A stretch of 64,000 nucleotides of DNA from Octopus vulgaris (lineage: Eukaryota), in contig OX597818.1 of assembly GCA_951406725.2 (NCBI GenBank), forward strand, positions 7,316,001-7,380,000, in the 5' to 3' direction. Below the pieces are notes generated by a model. That model worked only from the letters and a program-made list of their open reading frames with translations, was not told where the DNA came from and made no database searches. Below are positions 59,708-64,000 of the stretch, piece by piece. Every line of letters starts with the position of its first letter. Within the stretch, counting starts at the first letter, position 1. The position numbers and the translations under genes are program-made.

Positions 59708-59920
59708 CTTTCTGTCTGTGCTTGTCCTCCCACCCCTTGACAATCGGCTTTCGTTTCTTTAAGTCCCTGTAACTTAGCTGTTCGGCAAAAAGTTATTGAT
59801 AAAATAAGTACCAGGCTTATGAAAATAAGTACTGAGGTTGATTCAATCGGCTAAAAGCCCTTCAAGGTGGTACCCAACATGGCCGCTGTTTAATGGCTGA
59901 AACAAACATAAAAGATAAAG
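59520..59920 (+). mobile_element. tRNA-derived SINE family B, full copy with internal (GT)n
   Basis: A box gtagctgtgtggcaag, B box gggttcagtccc, CORE-like ttgagcagctgtcttctactatagcctcggg, tail catggccg...gctgaaac. Resembles described octopus tRNA-SINEs; the exact family name is not assigned. Confidence 0.88.
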
Positions 59921-60075
59921 CATATATATCATCAACTACATACTCATTGTATAGGCTTCGTGTATTTTACGGTGGCAGCAAGAGTGTGGTGGAGTATATA
60001 TACTCTCAAAGCACTGGGTGTTAATACACCTCAGAATCATAGACAGGCAAGTTAATTCACACTCAATATATATAC

Positions 60076-60330
60076 AGTAACGAATAATTGCCAACTTAAT
60101 GTGGCAGTCCCGTGTGGGGTGAATGCAACTGTTGTTTAGCCCCAGGAGACATCGTCTTCAGCTAGCTACACGACATATGATGTGTTCTTATGTTTGTGAA
60201 CAGGGGAGATTAGCACCCCGACCCAGCGCAGAGCAGTATCTGTGGGCTGTACGGTTTCAGAGTGATTTCTCTTCGTCGACACAAGATAAATCTTTGGCTG
60301 AGATAGCACTGCTAATCAGCCGTTCGAAAA
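60076..60330 (-). mobile_element. RTE-like 3' end (C-terminal finger remnant plus 3' UTR)
   Basis: gccaacttaatgtggc...ttagcccc...agacatc...cagct.gcta resembles 34411-34480, the 3' UTR region of the RTE copy. rc HRYCSALG...LFTNIRTH. Confidence 0.5.
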
Positions 60331-60410
60331 TATACATACTTTTCTAAGTTGCATACAACTACTGATCTAATAAATAGAAACATTGTTGTTCGTAAATCTG
60401 TCAACTTTAA

Positions 60411-60746
60411 AGTAACGACCATTTGCAAACCTAATGTGGCAGTCCCGTTTGGTGCTAACTTCCCTTCTTCGAAACTATAGGGACACAGATCGTGTGTCCC
60501 ATAGCCTGCTGCGGACGATTTCTTCTGGGAAACAACAGTAACATTCACCCCAAACGGTTCCCTGTTATTTCAAGTACACGCATACACATAAAGTAGCGAT
60601 TATTTGCCAACTTAATGAGACAGTCCCGTTTGGGGCGAATGCTACTTTTGTTTAGCCGCAGGAGACATCATCTCGAGCTGGCTATACGACAGAGGAGGTT
60701 AGCACCAAATGGGTCTACCACATTCGGTTGGCAAATAATCGTTACT
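60411..60746. repeat. Nested inverted-repeat (foldback) unit bounded by TTAA
   Basis: Outer arms 60404-60463 / 60694-60753; inner arms about 60495-60556 / 60624-60691. Confidence 0.8.
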
Positions 60747-60845
60747 TTAAAGTGGTGCTACTGAACATCTCCCCCTGATAGATTTAGAAACAACAATGTC
60801 TCTATTTATATACAGACATACATACATATATGCATGCATACATAC

Positions 60846-60876
<31 letters not shown>

Positions 60877-60914
60877 CATATATATGTATATATGTATATA
60901 TATATGCATATATG

Positions 60915-61011
<97 letters not shown>

Positions 61012-62829
61012 ATATATATTATCTCGCCTTAACATCATCGCTTATACAATACGTAGACTTATGCTGATGAGAAAAATCCATACATTCTTGTTCGATAATA
61101 GTATTGATTTTACATCATCTATCTTCAGTTACTAAATTTATAGCAATCTCAAGAATGACAGTTGGTTCAAAAGCATTGAAAGTTTCCGGAAGGAAGCCAT
61201 TTTTAAAAGGATATTTGACAGCCATTGGTGGATGAACATTTGGTAACTGACCAATCAACACAGCGAAGAAACACATACTTAATGGCAGGAAATTAACAAG
61301 TATAAATTGATGTACCGAAATTGCGACAGCCGTTGATGCGCGACTGCATACATTTTGAAACGCCGGAAGTGAATTGACTAGTCGCAAGACATGCTGTGGG
61401 TTTGCATGTTTTCTAATTTGAAAGCAAGTAGTTCTACTTGATCTCCTTAGACTTCAACGTTAAAAATGAAATTGTTATTTTTTAAAAAATTAAACAGCGC
61501 TGTAAATATAAGCATACACAATACATTGTCTCTTTCTTCCTCTCACACACGTTCTCCCTCTCTTAATATATATACCATGCGCACATATACATATGTGTGT
61601 GTGTGTGCGTGTGTGCATGTGCATGTGTGCTATTATATATACATATACATATGGATACATTTACATATATATATACAAATGTGTAATATTAGCTAACTCT
61701 TATACAGAATTTACTTTTATCAATTCTCGATTATGACAACTTATAATCGGACTATTCACTTTTATTATTTATATATGTGTGTCTGTACATACTTTATATG
61801 TAGGCGTCATCTGTGCATATATCCATGTTTCGAAGTGCGTGGAAGCCTGTTTGTTTCATTGTTTTCCTCCATGTGTGTGTGTGTGTGCGTGTGTGTGCGT
61901 GCGCGTGCGTGCGTGCGTGTATGTGTGTGTGTGTGTGTGTGTATCTGTATATTTGCATATGTATTGAGAGAACCATAATTTATTTCAGCCTAGTCTACAT
62001 GGCTATGACTTTGTCAAATATGTATTTAAAGTACTTTGTCATTCATTAATGTGTGCAATAGATAATTTATGATCAATTGGCTGGAAGGTGACTTACAATG
62101 TATTCAGAAAAAGAAGCACAAAATTAATGTGCAATTTACTCCCTCTAGTTGTTGGAATGTTTTTCTCCCTATATGTTGGAATGTTTTTCTTTGAAAGCAT
62201 AGACAAAATATACATAATTATTTTAACATAAATTGGCGATCTTAAATTTAGATCAAAATGTTCCTCATAGTATTTGTCTAGTACTTACTTGATCCAGCAA
62301 GGGCGAATGAAATACAAAGTGAACGCTGGTTTGATTTGAAGTTAGTATGTAATGTAATATAAATAAATTCAGTAAGATGTTAAACCTGAGATTTTAACCT
62401 ACGGCGTTTAAGATAACTATATTTGTGTGAAACAATGATTTATTTTATGGCATGTATAGGTACTAAAACTATTTAAATTCCTAACGTGATGTATGATGTA
62501 GATATGATATTATTCTTGTATATTATTTCGGTAAACTCATAAAAATGTTAGTGCCGGTACGATTTGTGAGATATTAATTTTTTTAATAAACTATGAACTT
62601 AGCTTGACAACCAGTTAGCTAATCAACAGTAGTTATAAACAAGGTGCGGAGAGTGGACAGCACTATAATGATATAAAATAAAGGTGAAGCCGAAAAAAAT
62701 CCATAGTGGATCCTCCCATCTGCCTTTCACTCCATCCCGATATCTAAGCTTCGGCAGGTTGAAACATTAACAAGCAGACTGAACGTGATCGGCGCCCAAC
62801 CCAGTAATGTTCCTATTAAGGAACTGCTT

Positions 62830-63865
62830 CACCATTCTGAAGCTAATGTATTCCTTTCGCAGCGATCCTTGCTACAACGACATATCTCTCCTCACAGATC
62901 CCGACGCCTGTATCTGACTGGCTGCTAAAGAAATATGCAACGTTCAGTTTGACGACACTGGATGGCTACACACCACCTAGCCCGTCAAATATGGCGGTTT
63001 CGGCCTTAGTCTTAGGTCTTACTGGCTCTGCCACTTTTCTCTCGTCGGCACCACATGCCATGTCTTCATCAACAAGGTTCTTCACAACACATATAAACTT
63101 ACTGTAATGAAGGAGCGTGAGATAGCCTGTGTGTCATGGAGCCAACTCGGCCTGCACCCTGAAGACGTCTGTTCTCTCTCCCCTCTGTGTACGTCTCAAA
63201 AGAAATGGGACGCCATCCAGTCTAGCTTGATCTCGGACGAGTTAGTGCACTAATTTAACCAGTACCGTCTGGTATATTTCCTCTCAGTCTTCGAGCTCTA
63301 CAGCAGTTCCTGGCCCAATGCAGTGCCATCATTCTCGATTGGCACTCAGTTTGATAGCAACTGTCTGCACAACGGTCTCCACCTATTGACATGCCATTGT
63401 AGTGCTGTCGAGTTCCACACCATGCTACTCTTAACTAAATCAGAAAGCATGTTCTACACGCCGCAAGCTTCTCTTCCCAGCTCGGGCCAATGGGGCTAAA
63501 GCGAAGGGACGGTAAAAGGCCTGATAATATGACAATTTTCCCGTTCCATGATAACAGGACCCTCATCTGAGATGCCACATGCTGTGACAACGTATCTAGC
63601 GGCAAATTAGTGTGCCCGCTCCACTGCTCATCAGGCTGAGAAAAGTCACTCTCTGACAGGTTTATGGTCGAACACGTGACTATGGACCGCATCACTGCTT
63701 ACCACTATTAAAGTGGGGATGTGTATCCGCAATTGCGAATCCAGTAAGTGAGAGTGGATTGCTAGCTCATATCCTTCGCTATCCTCCGGGGCAAAACCTT
63801 TTCCATTTCGTCTGCTGGGACCACGGTCTGAGAAGCCATATTTTTGTGGATATTCCCCAGATACC
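62830..63865 (-). mobile_element. Degraded RTE-X-like LINE 3' fragment
   Basis: Minus strand SRRNG...YELAIHS resembles SRRxP..DxADDIALxS; later a GRxP..I/DTG-type C-terminal motif. GC-richer than the flanks; many stops. Confidence 0.45.
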
Positions 63866-64000
63866 AAATATTGTATATATTAAAATAAAATGAGGACAGA
63901 AAGTATATATGAAAATTATGTTATAAACAAGGTTTCTTTAAACTAAGTCCTGAATTCGGTTGTAATTCTCTTCTCATTTTGTGTTGGTCTTCGTGTTACC

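Noticed and set aside
61115-61387. ORF with IGQLPNV resembling the Pif1 GDxxQLPPV motif
   Set aside because: Key residues are missing and there are no other helicase motifs.

Overview
AT-rich, microsatellite-dense eukaryotic DNA. I found no recognisable host protein-coding exon, so it reads as intergenic or deep intronic sequence. The repeat families look like those of an octopod cephalopod (inference from recalled Octopus tRNA-SINE consensus sequences and the microsatellite load). Nearly all listed ORFs are simple-repeat artefacts. The real coding remnants are transposon-derived: a roughly full-length (~4 kb) frameshifted R4/Dong LINE plus two 3' fragments, all in (TAA)n; a young CR1/L2-type 3' fragment; RTE and RTE-X fragments; two mariners and one Tc1 with TIRs; Tigger, hAT, Gypsy and Penelope RT remnants; several Helitron pieces; and three tRNA-SINE families (labelled A, B, C here). 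The most notable observations are seven type-I hammerhead-ribozyme-like motifs in Penelope-like fragments (some sharing non-canonical core bases), a 547-bp zero-spacer palindrome bounded by TTAA, and a ~340-bp nested foldback built from an RTE-3'UTR-like unit. I do not see evidence for a wholly new biological system; these are candidates to test. All alignments were done by eye.
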